The position numbers were made by a program, and so were the translations under genes. From Chiloscyllium plagiosum (taxonomy: Eukaryota), in contig NC_057718.1 of assembly GCF_004010195.1 (NCBI RefSeq), positions 94,652,297 to 94,694,813 on the forward strand: a stretch of 42,517 nucleotides of DNA. The letters run 5' to 3'. Below, piece by piece: positions 11,461 to 23,456 of the stretch (its first letter is position 1; each line of letters starts with the position of its first letter). The notes below the pieces were generated by a model. It made no database searches. It saw nothing but the letters and a program-made list of their open reading frames with translations, and was not told where the DNA came from.

Positions 11461-11569
11461 GAAATGATTTGACCATGCAGCATTTTTGATATTCCCAAGT
11501 TGTTATTTATATTGTTTAATTTATTGGACACTTCTGGATTTTGTAATCAACACAGTGATTTTTTTTTGA

Positions 11570-11865
11570 GGCAGGTGTCTATTCCCCAGGTTGAGGGATA
11601 TCAAGGCGAAGTGGCATATTCTTAAGGTGGGAGGAGAGAGATTTAAAAAGGACATTTACACAGAGTGTGGTTCGTGTGTGGAATGAACTTCCTGCAGAAG
11701 TGGTGGGTGTGGGCACAGTTACAAAGTTTAAAAGACATTTTAGGTAAGTACATGAATAGGAAAGGTTTGGAGGGATAGGCAGGTTAGACTAGTTTACTTT
11801 GGGATTATGGTCGGCATGGACTGGTGGGACCAAAGGGTCTGTTTCCCCATTGTATCACTCTGACT
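11570..11865 (+). mobile_element. CR1/HER1 LINE 3' end
   Basis: GTGTGGAATGAACTTCCTGCAGAAGTGGTGG...AAGGGTCTGTTTCC. Confidence 0.85.
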
Positions 11866-11874
11866 TTCTGCATG

Positions 11875-12005
11875 GATTAGGTGGATTGGCCATGGTAAAT
11901 GTGGGGTTACAGGGATAGTGCTATCTCTGGGTGGGATGCTATTTGGAGAGTTGGTAAAGACTCAATGGGTGAAATAGTTTCTTTCCGTGCTGCCGGGATT
12001 TGATG
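11875..12005 (+). mobile_element. HE1 SINE 3' fragment
   Basis: TTAGGTGGATTGGCCATGGTAAATG...GGGATT. Confidence 0.65.
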
Positions 12006-12429
12006 CCTCCAAACCTGCTTTTTTTTCCTGTGGATTGCTAACTCAGTGGCATTATCACTGTGCAACCATTTTCCCACAGGTCTGAATATATCAAAGTGGC
12101 TTTAACTTCCTGCACTTCCTCCATGTTTTTTAGATACACGAGTGCTCCCTTCAATGCTCACGGCCCATTTCTGTTTTGCATTTGCATCAGGGTGTCAACA
12201 GCTGTAGTCTTTGAAGAACATATGTGTTGGAGACCTGATCAGAGATAGGCTGGACAGTAATGGGCTAGCCATGTCTTATGTGCACCACAAACAAATCCAA
12301 AAGGAGGCCATAAAATCCATTTCCAGGCTGGCAGTTACAGCACAGAAACTGGCCATTCGGCCCAACTGCTCCATGCTGGTATTGGCAGTCTACACAAGTT
12401 TCCTCCTGCCTTACCACATTTCATAGTAT

Positions 12430-13355
12430 CCTTCCCTTTATTGGGTCAGAGCATTGAGTATAGGAGATGGGAGGTCCTGTTGTGGCTGTACAGGACATTG
12501 GTTAGGCCACTTTTGGAATATTGCATGCAATTCTGGTCTCCCTCCTATGGAAAGAATATTGTGAAAGTTGAAATGCTTCAGAAAAGATTTACAAGGATGT
12601 TAGATTAGATTCCCTACAGTGTGGGGAACAGGCCCTTCGGCCCAACAAGTCCACACCAACCCTCCGAAGAGTAACCCACCCAGACCCATTTCCCTCTGAC
12701 TAATGCACCTAACACTACAGGAAATTTAGCAAGCAAACACATGGAGAATGTGCAAACTCCACACAGACAGTCACCTGAGGCTGGAATCGAACTGGGACCC
12801 TGGTGCTGTGAGGCAGTAGTGCTAACCACTGAGCCACCGTGCCACCCCTAAAGATGAAACAGTGAACGTTTGATACAGCAAGCAGGCACCACTGGGATGT
12901 TGCCAGGGTTGGACAGTTTGAGCTATAAGGGAAGGCTGAATAGGCTGGGGCTGTTTTCCCTGGAGCATCAGAGGCTGAGGGGTGACCTTATAGAGGTTGA
13001 TAAAATCATGAGGGGCATGGATAGGATAAATAGACAATGTATTTTCCCTGGGGTAGGGGAGTCCAGAACTCGAGGGCATAGGTTTAAGGTGAAAGGGGAA
13101 AGATATAAAAGGGACCTAAGGGGTAACATTTTCATGCAAAGGTTGGTGGGTGTATTGAATGAGCTGCCAGAGGAAGTGGTGGAGGCTGGTACAATTACAA
13201 CATTTAAAAGGCATCTGGATGGGTATATGAACTGGAAGGGTTTAGAGGGATTTGGGCCAAGCGCTGGCAGGTGGGACTAGATTAATTTTGGGTATCTGGT
13301 CAGCATGGATGATATGGCCCAAAGGGTCTATTTCCATGCTGGACATCTCTATGAC
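12430..13355 (+). mobile_element. CR1/HER1 LINE, 5'-truncated, interrupted at 12602-12894
   Basis: ORF2 C-terminus LYRTLVRPLLEYC.QFWSP...RLNRLGLFSLE..RLRGDLIE.. Confidence 0.92.
12602..12846 (-). mobile_element. HE1 SINE nested in the CR1 LINE
   Basis: Head GTGGCACGGTGGCTCAGTGGTTAGC on the minus strand. GGATGTT is duplicated at 12595-12601 and 12895-12901. Confidence 0.9.
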
Positions 13356-13379
13356 CCAATCACAACTTCCTTCTACAAT

Positions 13380-13985
13380 GAGCAAAGTGCTGAAGATACT
13401 GGAGATCTGAAACAAAAGCCGAAAGTGCTGGAGAAACTCAGCAGGTCTGACAGATCTGTGGAGGCAGAAAAGACTTAAAGTCTCGAGTCCAGTATAACTC
13501 TCCTTCAGAGCTGGAGAGAGACTGTATGCTGTTGAGAAATGTGGGGAAGAGCAAGTGGAACAGAAGGAAAGATTAGGGAAAGGTTAAAGGGTGAGAGGGG
13601 CTAGAGATCAAAAGCATCATAGAACAAAATGGAAAGGGAGTCGTAATAGTGGTGGAGAATAGACAAAACATGCATCCATGTGTTAATAGCAGAATGTACA
13701 TTACCTCTAAATGAAATCAAAAGCATAAAACCAGGGCACGGGTACTCAGAAGAAATAAAAGGCAAGAGGATAGAATTTACAGTCTGAAGTCAAAGTTAAG
13801 TCCAGAAAACTGTAAACTGACATTGCAGTATATGAGGTGCTGTCCCAGCAGCTTCGGTTCCCTGGGACACTGCAACAGGCTGAGGATGGAAATGTGAGTC
13901 TGACGGTAAGATGGCATATTGAAATGGCTCGCGAGTGAAGGGTCGGGGTCGTGCTTGTGGGTGCAGTGGAAGTATTCCACAAAGT
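13380..13985 (-). mobile_element. Decayed Penelope-like element 3' end (GIY-YIG C-terminus plus terminal repeat)
   Basis: Minus translation ASHFN...ISILSLLQC....LLGQHLIY..SLQFSGLNFDF, with a family-2-like terminal arm at 13380-13510. Confidence 0.7.
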
Positions 13986-14741
13986 GGTTATACATCGTTC
14001 TGTCTCTTCTGCCCTCGCGCACAAACCCGACTTCCTCTCATGAACTGCAAACCACTAGTCATAAATCTCAAAGACGCCACATGTCCAAACCGATGGGCTT
14101 TTAAACATCATTTCATTCTGTTTGTTAGCAACTGGAGAAAGTATTGTTTCAGAAGTCACTGGATTGGATGATCGATTTAGTGATAATTCCGTTTTAGACC
14201 ACGCATGTTGATTTGCATTTCGGATAAAGCCCAGATATCAAATCTTTGTCTTTAACGTGGGTGTATATTTTCCCCTCCACATTGGCATCTTTTTGTTATT
14301 GCGATGCATGAACTGTTATAATTCTCAATTACACACACATCAGCAACAAATAGAAAGGCTGAACTCCAAGCTAGTCCCATTGTCCACCTCTTGTTGCCAT
14401 GGTAATACATGGCAAGTCTGTGTTCGGCCTTGATAACATGATTGGAGGCAATGTGATGGTAGCAGGAATAATGTGGCCACTTAGACAAATAGGGAGCAGT
14501 AATTACAAGTGGATAGAGAGATTCATGTGGTTGTAATAAGGAAGGACCCGCAAAGTAGAACACAATTTGAAGGCAACATTTCTGACTGAAGAGCAGGCAA
14601 GGAAGAAAGTGGACTCAGATTAGAAAGGAGACAAGAAAGCTCTTTATTTACTCAGAGGAGGGTAGTGAATGAAAAAGTAAAAGGGCATAAACTCAAAAGC
14701 ACATTTTTTAAAAAGTCTTTCAGTCTATTTGAAGGATTCAA

Positions 14742-15712
14742 CCATAAAACCGTAAGGTGTAGAAGCAGAATTAGACCAAGGGGGCCATCAAATCTGCTCC
14801 ACCATTCAATCGTGGCTGATATGTTTCTCAACCCCATTCACTTGCTTTCTTCTTGTAATTCTTGATCCCATGAATAATCAGGAAACCAGTTCTGTCTTAA
14901 AGACGTGCAGTGATTTGGCCTCCACAGCCCTCTGTGGCAATGAGTTCCATAGATTCCCCACGCTCTGGCTGAATAAATTCCTCCTCATCTCAGTTGTAAA
15001 GGGTCATCCCTACACTCTGAGGCTGTGCCCTCAGGTCCTAGTCTCTTCTACTGGTGAAAACATCTTCTCCACATCTACTCTACCCAGACATCTCAGTATT
15101 TTGTATGTTTCAATCAGATCCCCCCCCTCATCCATCTAAACTCCATTCTTCTAAGCTCCAGCAATAACTGAACCCAAATCTGACTTGCAATCTGTTTCAC
15201 ATGAGAACATGGTCATGGCATTTGACATTAGAAGGGTCGGAAAGTACACACCCAGACTCCTTAACTGCTCCCCATATGACAGAGTCATAGAGTCAAACAG
15301 CAGGGAAACAGACTCTTTAGTCCAACCAGTCTGTGCTGAACATAATTCCAAACTAAGCTAGTCCCTCCTGCCTGGTCCTGACCCATATCCCACCAAACCT
15401 TTCCTATTCACATACTTATCCATTTTCAGAATTATTTTTGTAAATCTCTTCTGTACCTTCTCCAATGCCAGTGCATCTTTCCTTCGATCCAAGGCCCAAA
15501 ACTGCTCATAATGTTCTAAATCAGTGTGACCAGGGCCTTATACAGCCTCAGCAGTACATCTCTGCTCATGCATTCTAGCCCTCTTGAAATGATTCCTAAC
15601 ATTGTATTTGTCTTCCTAACAGCCAAATGAACCACCAGGTTAGCCTTAAGAGAATCCTAACTAGGATTCCCAAGTCCCTTTAGACTTCAGATTTATGAAG
15701 CTTTTCCCCATG
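14742..15712 (-). mobile_element. CR1-clade LINE 3' region, interrupted at about 15152-15430
   Basis: AATGAGTTCCATAGATTCCCCACGCTCTGGCTGAATAAATTCCTCCTCATCTC is antisense MRRNLFSQSVGNLWNSL. The element resumes after 15430. Confidence 0.85.
15279..15422 (-). mobile_element. HER1 LINE 3' tail fragment
   Basis: AGAGTCATAGAGTCA...GAAACAGAC...CCCATATCCC. Confidence 0.8.
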
Positions 15713-16265
15713 AATCATTGTGAAACCAGCAGGAATACTGACGGAGGTGGGCTAGGCTGTGCAGCTTTTCATTGACTGACTCGATCGCTCTGGGCTGATT
15801 GGCCTCCGTCTATGAATCTTCTGTGAATCTTCTGTGAAATCTTTGGTCTCTTCATGAAAGACAAGGTGCAATAACTGGACCCAAATCTGACTTGTGGCCT
15901 GTTTCACCTGAGAATCACGGTCATGGCATTTGACATTAGAAGGGTCAGAATGTTTGCAGCCCTGTGGAGGTGTTTTTTTTGTCAGCAAAGAGGTTGCAAG
16001 AAGTCACACAAAAGCAAGTCAGGGTGGGAGTCAACTCCCCAAGGTGTCAGCACCTCCAGGAGATGTTTCCAGTGAAGGCAACTCCCGACTATCTTAAAAT
16101 AACCAAATTAAATAAACAACTCCTCAGGGGCACAGAAACAATCTTCAAAGTTTCATCAAAACGGATGAACATTCAGTTCAAATATGGTACTATGGGTTGC
16201 CAATGGATCCCACCTCCTTAGTGCCCACCAATTGCGAAAGATAGGAACAGCTACCTACCTGTCCA

Positions 16266-16394
16266 TGAGACAGTAAGGACTACAGATTCTAGAAGCCAAG
16301 GTCAATAGTTGTGGAGCTGGAGAAGCACAGCAGATCAGACAGCATCTGGGGAGCAGGAACGATCGATGTTTCAAGCCAAGACCCTTCATCAGGA
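16266..16394 (-). mobile_element. Hammerhead-bearing PLE-derived short element (family 1)
   Basis: Minus strand CTGATGA AGGGTCTTGGCTT GAAA CATC. Degenerate TSD ACCTACCTGTCCA / ACCTACTTGCCA. Confidence 0.75.
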
Positions 16395-16574
16395 CCTACT
16401 TGCCAGACAATCAAGGCCTTTAAAAGATAACTATTCTTTCATTGTGCATTCTGCCACCAGTGCATTGATCAGAAGGTATTTCACTTGAGTTGGACATTCC
16501 AGACTGTTCTATTCCTCAGTGTTTGCAAGCCTTATTAAACATGAGGTGATATCCGTCCTCCTGTCTGACACTCT

Positions 16575-17200
16575 TGTGACAATGCTGCTCCTTTAACAAG
16601 GTCATGCTGTCCTTGACTTTTCTTTCAGAGAGGTTGTAAAAGCAGTTATTCCAAAAAGTCTGGGTTTGATGGGTTTTAGGGCCAGTTCGATGATTGATAC
16701 TGCCTCAGGCGAAAGGTTTTCAATTTTAAAAAAACACTTGTACAATGAAAGCAGAGTGGCCAGTTCTCCTGGGTCAGCTTTTCTCTGGTTTGGTTTGGTT
16801 TGGTTTTAGCAGTCTGGCTGTTCACTGAAAGCAGTCCTTTTGTTTTTGAGGCTGCTGGTCCAAGAAACAGCTACACGGTAGAAGGCTAAATCTCGCTGCC
16901 ACATCTATCCTGTAAGAACCTGTGTTTGATTTTACCTTTTGTGCCAAGGGATGTTTAAGGGGATTTGGAACAGCATCATTAAGTTGAGATAATCTTTTGA
17001 ATAGGTTAGGTTATTTCATATTCTTTCTCTTTTGTTTGTGTTTCATTCGGTAATCTTTTAAATAAATTCTGTTTTGTTTAAAACTACATTATTTGACAAA
17101 CTGCATTACTCCTGGAATATCCATGTTACACCAACTAGCCAAGATAGGGTCTGACTTGTTTCTTGAAATGGTTTGAGGGGTTCTGGCCTGGTCTATAACA
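16575..17200 (+). mobile_element. Probable solo LTR
   Basis: TGTGAC...ATAACA termini, AATAAA near 17061, flanks CTCT / ATCT (3 of 4 TSD match), internal (GGTTT)n. Confidence 0.6.
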
Positions 17201-17757
17201 ATCTCTTGCTCTCCATCTACCCAAGCAGGGCTCACATCTTACTTTTGAGTTCCTATCCGTCTCTTGCTGGACACTGAACGTGGAGGTGACTTGTTCATTG
17301 ACTGTCTCCTGTAAGATCATGCCCCACCTCTGACATGAGTGGGTTTGAGGACCCAAAAGTGTTTCAGCAACCTGAAAATGTTTGACGAGGAGATCAATGC
17401 TCCCTGGATCCCAAAAGTGAGCTCTCTCAAGTTCTCAATTCAACACTGACGCATGTGAAAACTCACAAGGCAATTATCCAAAGTTGCAAACAAACATTCT
17501 ATGGCATTATCATTGTGTTATATGAATCTGCAGAAACGTATTTCACTTGTATATCTTGATTCTGACTTAATTATATGATACAGCTACAGACAACAAGAAA
17601 CATTATGTGCTGAAGTCGTGACAAAATTCAAAAGTGGTCTGTGATTTCTAAAAACAACTCCTTTTTACCATCCACTCTGTGGCTAACAATGAATGTTCTA
17701 GGTCAAACAAAAAATTATGGCAATGAAGATGTCGGAATCAATGTTAGGTAAGAAGAT

Positions 17758-17965
17758 ACAAAAAACAGAAATTGCTGGAGAAATTCAGCAGGTCTGTCAG
17801 TATCAGTGGAGAGAAAGCAGAGACCAGTGCATCTCTATCAGAATTAGACTCGAAACATTAACTCTGCTGTTCCTCACAAATGCTGCCAGACCTGCTGTGT
17901 CTCTCCAGCAATTTCTGTTGTTGTTTCAGATCGTCAGCATCCACACTCCTTTGTTTTATTTTAGA
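17758..17965. mobile_element. PLE-derived hairpin element (family 2-like)
   Basis: AACAGAAATTGCTGGAGA..CAGCAGGTCTG / CAGACCTGCTG..TCTCCAGCAATTTCTGTT inverted arms with central GACTCGAAACATT. Confidence 0.75.
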
Positions 17966-18254
17966 CAACGAGATTTTCCATTAAAATAAAAATCACAAAC
18001 AATGCCGAAGAGATATTGAGCCGAAAGCAATTTGGCAATTGGCATTGGAGCCATGCTAACATGCTGTTTCTGGCCACTTATTCAGTGTACGTTACCAAGG
18101 GAGCTAAAGAAATACTGACTCAATGTCCATTCCTAGTGTCTACTTGAATCAAAAGGGAACCTTCAGAATGCTGCACAAAGCACCGACAAGGACCGGACGG
18201 GAAAGGATAACAATGATTTGTAATAGATATAGGTCAGAAGCTCAACTTTAGTTG

Positions 18255-18530
18255 ATTCATTCAGAGGATATGGGTGTCGCTGGCTAAGCCAGTACTTATT
18301 GCTCAGAAGGAAGTTAAAAGTCAACCATGTTGCTATGGGTCTGGAGTCACATGACAGCCAGACCAGGTAAAAACAATCGTTTCTTTCCCCAAAGGATAGC
18401 AGTGAACCAGATTGATAATTGTCATCTTTAAACTCTTAATTCCAGGATTTTATTCAAATTCCACCATCAGCCTCAAACCCGAGTTTCTGGGATATTATCT
18501 GGGTCTCCGGATTAATACTCCAGCAACAAG
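18255..18530 (-). mobile_element. tRNA-derived SINE (family also at 23205-23430)
   Basis: GTCAACCATGTTGCTATGGGTCTGGAGTCACATG..GCCAGACCAGGTAA is the reverse complement of the core at about 23370-23425. Confidence 0.7.
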
Positions 18531-18735
18531 ATTAGAGTTCACAAGACATGCACAGCAGGGGTCTGTCATTACTGACTCAAGTTGAGCTTGTGCTTGCCTC
18601 TGATCGTGGGAAATCGAGAGAGCAACCAATCTCTCACTGCACCCCCCGACTGGCTGCATGGCTCTCCGAGGGGATCCGAGTGCCGTGCGTCTTGGATGCT
18701 CCTTCTGAACGTACCTGGCATCTCCTTAAGGCTAG

Positions 18736-19410
18736 GCACACTCTGATCACTCTCCCCTACATCAAAGACATCTCGGAAATGACTGCCAGACTACTCAGAC
18801 CCCTTGGCATCATGATAGCCCACAAACCCACCAACACACTAAAACAGCAGCTAATGAACTTGAAAGACCTTATACAGACGAGCAAAACTAACGTCATTTA
18901 CAAAATACCGTGAAAGAACTGTAACAAACACTACATTGGACAAACAGGCAGAAAACTAGCCACCAGGATACATGAACATCAACTAGCTACAAAACAACAC
19001 GACCCTCTCTCACTAATATCCTCACATACAGATAAGGAAGGACACCACTTTGACTGGGACAACACATCCATCCTAGGACAAGCCAAACAGCAACATGCAC
19101 AAGAATTCCTAGAAGCATGGCATTCCAACCGGAACTCTAGCAACAAACACATCGAGTTAGACCCCATCTACCACCCTCTGAAAAAAAACAAGAAATGACA
19201 TCACCACAGGAAATGACATCACCACAGGAAAACCCAAAGAAACCCAAACATATAAATCAAAAGCAGGAATTATCAGCAGTGCTTCACCCAGGGGCCCCCT
19301 GAAGATATTACCTGGTAGGGTGACGAAACGTCTGGAAATGAACCTTACAGCTCAACGAGCAAACCTGCATTTAGAACCTCAACCTGAGCTACAAATCTTC
19401 TCAAAACTCT
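18736..19410 (+). mobile_element. Penelope/Poseidon-type PLE 3' fragment: GIY-YIG endonuclease plus terminal repeat
   Basis: ITLPYIKDISE...NVIYKIP*KNCNKHYIGQTGRKLATRIHEH..., with one in-frame TGA replacing a Cys. Tandem GAAATGACATCACCACAG, hammerhead core at 19299-19332. Confidence 0.92.
19299..19332 (+). ncRNA. Minimal hammerhead ribozyme core in the PLE terminal repeat
   Basis: CTGAAGA - TATTACC TGGTAG GGTGAC - GAAA CGTC. Stem II carries one mismatch. Confidence 0.65.
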
Positions 19411-19612
19411 GGTCAGTCATAAGCACTTCTGAGTGAAGGAAGGGCACCTGTCAGGGCAGGTAGACTGAGCTTGCACATTCTCCTACGCCACACTTGAAAG
19501 CCTGATGTAGAGGAAGGAGTGAGATCATGCTTACCTTCACAGGGCAGGTGATCCCACCAACCATAAACTCTCCCACCGCCTCCCCCAGCCATCCGCTCTG
19601 TTCATCATCAGA

Positions 19613-19654
19613 AACAGAGAGAGCGAGAGAGGGAGAGAGAGAGAGAGAGAGAGA
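19613..19654. repeat. (GA)n microsatellite
   Basis: Direct inspection. Confidence 0.9.
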
Positions 19655-20149
19655 AAATGGCCACAGCTTAAATCCCAATGCTCTCTTTTATTCTGGTCAC
19701 ACTGTCAATATCTACAGCCTTTCTGTACATAGCACTCTCCCCTCACTGCATTTCCCTTCTATATTTTATTCGCAGTTGTGCTCATATTTTTCAGCAGCCA
19801 TGTTTGTGTGTGCGCAGATGCAAGATACAACGGAAAACACTGAATGAAAATAACCGTTTTAACATTCCACCACCAGGCAAGACACCCATCGGCCAATGGA
19901 GCAGTGACAAGCAAAGCCCAGGGGGAGCAATGCTTGCATTTCCCTTCTACTCAGACGACGAGAGGTATTTTTGATGCGCAGGTTCTATGTGCTGCCTTCA
20001 TTTCTCAGCAAAAGTCTCTAGTGTCTGAGTACAGCAGGGTCTCACTGCAGCGAACTACCGAACTTATACAGAGAGTGAACACTTTGTTCAGCAGTCCCAT
20101 GGTCTGCTTTCTGTTAGTCCAGAGCTTTAACTGAGTTTAAAGCACAGAG

Positions 20150-20546
20150 CCATAGAGTCATACAGCATGGAAACAGACCCTTTGGTCCAACCAGTCCATG
20201 CTGACCATGTTCCCACCCTAAACTAGTCCCACCTGCCTGTGCTTGGCCCACATCACTCCAAATATTTCTTATTCATGTACTTATCCAAATGTCTTTTCAG
20301 CATTGTAACTATGCCCATGTCCACCACTTCCTCTGGAAGTTCCTTCTACACCTGTACCACTCCCTATGTAAAAAAAATTGCTCCGCATGTCTTTTTAAAA
20401 TCTTTCTCCTCTCACCTTAAAAAAATGCTCTCTAGCCTTTAAATCCCTACTTTCGGGAAAAACACACGCCATAAACCTTACCTGTACCCCTCATTATTTT
20501 ATAAGCCTCTATAAAGTCACCCCCTCAACCTCCTACACTCCAGTGA
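20150..20546 (-). mobile_element. CR1/HER1 LINE 3' end
   Basis: CATAGAGTCATACAGCATGGAAACAGACCC...TCACCCCCTCAACCTCCTACACTCCAGTGA. Confidence 0.88.
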
Positions 20547-21382
20547 GGAAGGGATCATGAACCGTGTATAGCAAAGGTCATCGTAGTTTGAAAACAGAGA
20601 CAGTAAGCTGGCAAGAAAAAAGATTTCAAGGAGAGATGGTAGATTGGCTCCACATGTTGGCATCATGAAACCCACCAGGAAATGCAGAACATAATTAACT
20701 GGCATTGAGCGTTCGCCAATACAAATTGATGAAAATGGATTTCAGTTTCTCTGTTTATACTAATGCACAATGTTGTTGGCTTCAGGAATGCAGTCAACCA
20801 CAGACTGAACTTGTGCGAAACCTACTGTGGCAACAAAGTCCAGAAACTCCCCCTGTTTATCATTTGCCTTCATGATGAGTGTGGTTGGCCATGGAGTAGA
20901 GAACATCAATGATTTTCATATTCCAAGAATATATCTTATTCATAACAGTTGTACAAGAACATTATGGAATATCTCAACTTAAAAAGGATAGAAAATGCAA
21001 AATAAATTGAAATTGGCATGTTCCATTCTCAAATACTTTAATACAGTAACAATACTCCTAATAACTACAATATGTAATCCATGTCAAATACATAGCCCCA
21101 GGGAAAATATGTTTTAAATTGAAAATTACATGAAGTGCATTAGAATTAAACTTTTCTCCACACACCATATTCCACTCTGAGATGCTTCAGTTCAATTTCA
21201 GTACTCTTGATGTTCACAATTATTATAATTGCAGCTGATGATAATACTGAACAAGTTAGATACCCGAGTGAGCTCTAGGTCAATACATCATAAGCTATGA
21301 TTTTTTTTTCTTTTTGTTTATCCATGGAATTCAGTCACTGAATATATTCATTAAGATGTTGGCTGTGTACTTCGAACAAATT

Positions 21383-21688
21383 CATAGAACCCTTACAGCG
21401 TGAAAGCTGGCCATTCAGCCCATCTCGACCCTCCAAAGAGCATCCCTACAACCCCTTATTCACCAGTATTAACCCTACCAAGCCTACACATCCCTGGACA
21501 CTGTGGGCAATTTCAGCAAGGCCAATCCATCTAACCTGCATAGCCTTGGTTTGAGGTTGGAAACCAGAGCACCCAGAGGAAACCCACACAGACACAGGGA
21601 GAATGTGCAAACTCCACACAGACAATCGCCCGAGCTGGGTCCCTGCCGCTATGAGGCAGCAGCGCTACCTCTGAGCCACTGTGCTGCC
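21383..21688 (-). mobile_element. HE1 SINE
   Basis: V-domain GAGAATGTGCAAACTCCACACAGACA, head at about 21688. Confidence 0.85.
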
Positions 21689-21704
21689 AAACGAACTTAA
21701 ACTA

Positions 21705-21860
21705 CAGATGAACCTTGATTATCCATAGGCCATGGGTGGGGACTATATCAGCTAATTGAATGCCGGATAACACAGTTTAGCCATACATCGGGAACTTGCA
21801 ATCTTGTTTGGATAATCTGAAATTTGAATAATTGAATGCCGGATAATCGAGGTTCCTCTG
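21705..21860. mobile_element. pogo/Tigger-type MITE, 156 bp
   Basis: 20-bp terminal inverted repeats CAGATGAACCTTGATTATCC / GGATAATCGAGGTTCCTCTG (2 mismatches), TA on both flanks. Confidence 0.85.
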
Positions 21861-22362
21861 TATATTATACTATCCAAGAATAATTTGAAATAAACTTATT
21901 ACAACTATCTGAAGGACAGATTCAATGCTTTTAGCCAACAACAACCTTCTAAACACTCAAACCTTAGTGAAGAGTCACTTTTTCTCTCCATGCTCAATTT
22001 CCTTGTTCAGCTTCTCAGTTAAAATCAGTTTCTTTTCATTAAATTTCTGCGTTCACTCATGATTTTCTTCTTTAGATAAGGTCTCCTCCAGAGACCATTG
22101 AACAAACTGCTAACTAAGCTCACTTGACGCTTAACACAGGTTTCTTAACCTCATACCTTCAACAAACTTGTAAGATGTTTCCCTTCCTGGCACCTCCAAA
22201 AGTGAATGCTTTTGGTTTCTTTCCTCAGGACTTCTTTCTGTTCGGAGGCCTGAGTGTTCGGAAGATTAATATTAGCCTTTCTGCTGTTATGGACCTCTTC
22301 TCAGTCAACCAGCGGGCTCTTTGAATGAACTTGCTTGTATCTGAGTCAACCTTCTTCTGGGC

Positions 22363-22428
22363 CTCTCTCTCTCCCTCTATCTATCTATCTATCTATCACT
22401 CTCTCTCTCTCTCTCTCTAACTCTCTTT
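22363..22428. repeat. Compound (CT)n(CTAT)n(CT)n microsatellite
   Basis: Direct inspection. Confidence 0.9.
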
Positions 22429-22730
22429 CCTTGTACTTTGTAAAACTTAAATTAGCAATCATTCTAATAACTATTTCCTCAGAAGAATTGTTGTTCATGT
22501 GATTTCTTAGAAAAGCATTTTTTTAAAACATTCACTGTTCAAGATGAATTATTGACCTCTAAGGAACTGGTAAACAAAATTAATTTTTACACGACCTGAG
22601 CTCCAAGTTCTCTTAACAACAATAATAATACTATTGTGAAACTTTATCCAATGACGTACATTCCTTATCAGGCATGCAGCCTGAGGGATTTGGTAGCGCT
22701 TCTAACCACTTGGAGTCCTTTGACTTAAAG

Positions 22731-23098
22731 TTAAAAATCACACAACACCAGGTTATAGACCAACAGGTTTATTTGGAAGCACTAGTGTTTGGAGCGCTGC
22801 TCCTTCATCAGGAGGTTGTGGGGAATAAGATTGTAAGATACAGAATTTATAGCAAAAGTTTACAGTGTGATGTAACCAAAATTATATATTGTAAAAGACC
22901 TGGATTGTTTGTTAGTCTCTCTTAATGAAGGAGCAGTGCTCTGTAAGCTAGTGCTTCCAAACAAACCTATTGGACTATAATCTGGTGTTGTGTGATTTTT
23001 AGCTTTGTACACCCCAGTCTAACACCGGCTCTTCCAATTTATAACTACCATCGATACCACTAAGTGCCAGCTTAAAGTGGAGAGGATCGCCAAGAAGA
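22731..23098. mobile_element. PLE-derived inverted terminal-repeat element (family 3)
   Basis: About 85-nt inverted arms AAAAATCACACAACACCAG... / ...CTGGTGTTGTGTGATTTTT, each with a decayed CTGATGAAGGAGCAGCGCTCC hammerhead. 15-bp direct repeat TCCTTTGACTTAAAG at 22716-22730 and 23099-23113. Confidence 0.8.
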
Positions 23099-23204
23099 TC
23101 CTTTGACTTAAAGGCAGTGACCTTTCCCCATTGTTCCCCATTGACTCCTGTCATGAACTTTAATACATCCCTCAGCGTGGAAAGGTGATGCCCTAGTGGT
23201 ATTG

Positions 23205-23432
23205 TTGCTAGAGCAACAGGGATCCAGTTAACACCCTCTGGACTTGGGTTTGATTCCTGCCATGGCAGATAGAAGAATTTGAATTCAATAAAAAATAAGA
23301 GTCTAGTGATGCCCATGGTTGTTGGTTAATGGAAAAGCCCATTGGTTCACTAATTTCCTTTAGGGAAATTACCTGGTCTGGCCTACAAATGACTCCAACC
23401 CCACAGAAATGTGGTTGACTCCTAACCATCCG
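23205..23432 (+). mobile_element. tRNA-derived SINE
   Basis: Head TAGTGGTATT...GGGTTTGATTCC, core GGTCTGGCCTACAAATGACTCC..GTGGTTGACTC. Confidence 0.7.
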
Positions 23433-23456
23433 CCAAAAAATCTACCCAGCCAGCAG

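Noticed and set aside
21900..22360. Purine-rich minus-strand stretch that looks coding
   Set aside because: Stops were found in the frames checked and no recognisable protein similarity
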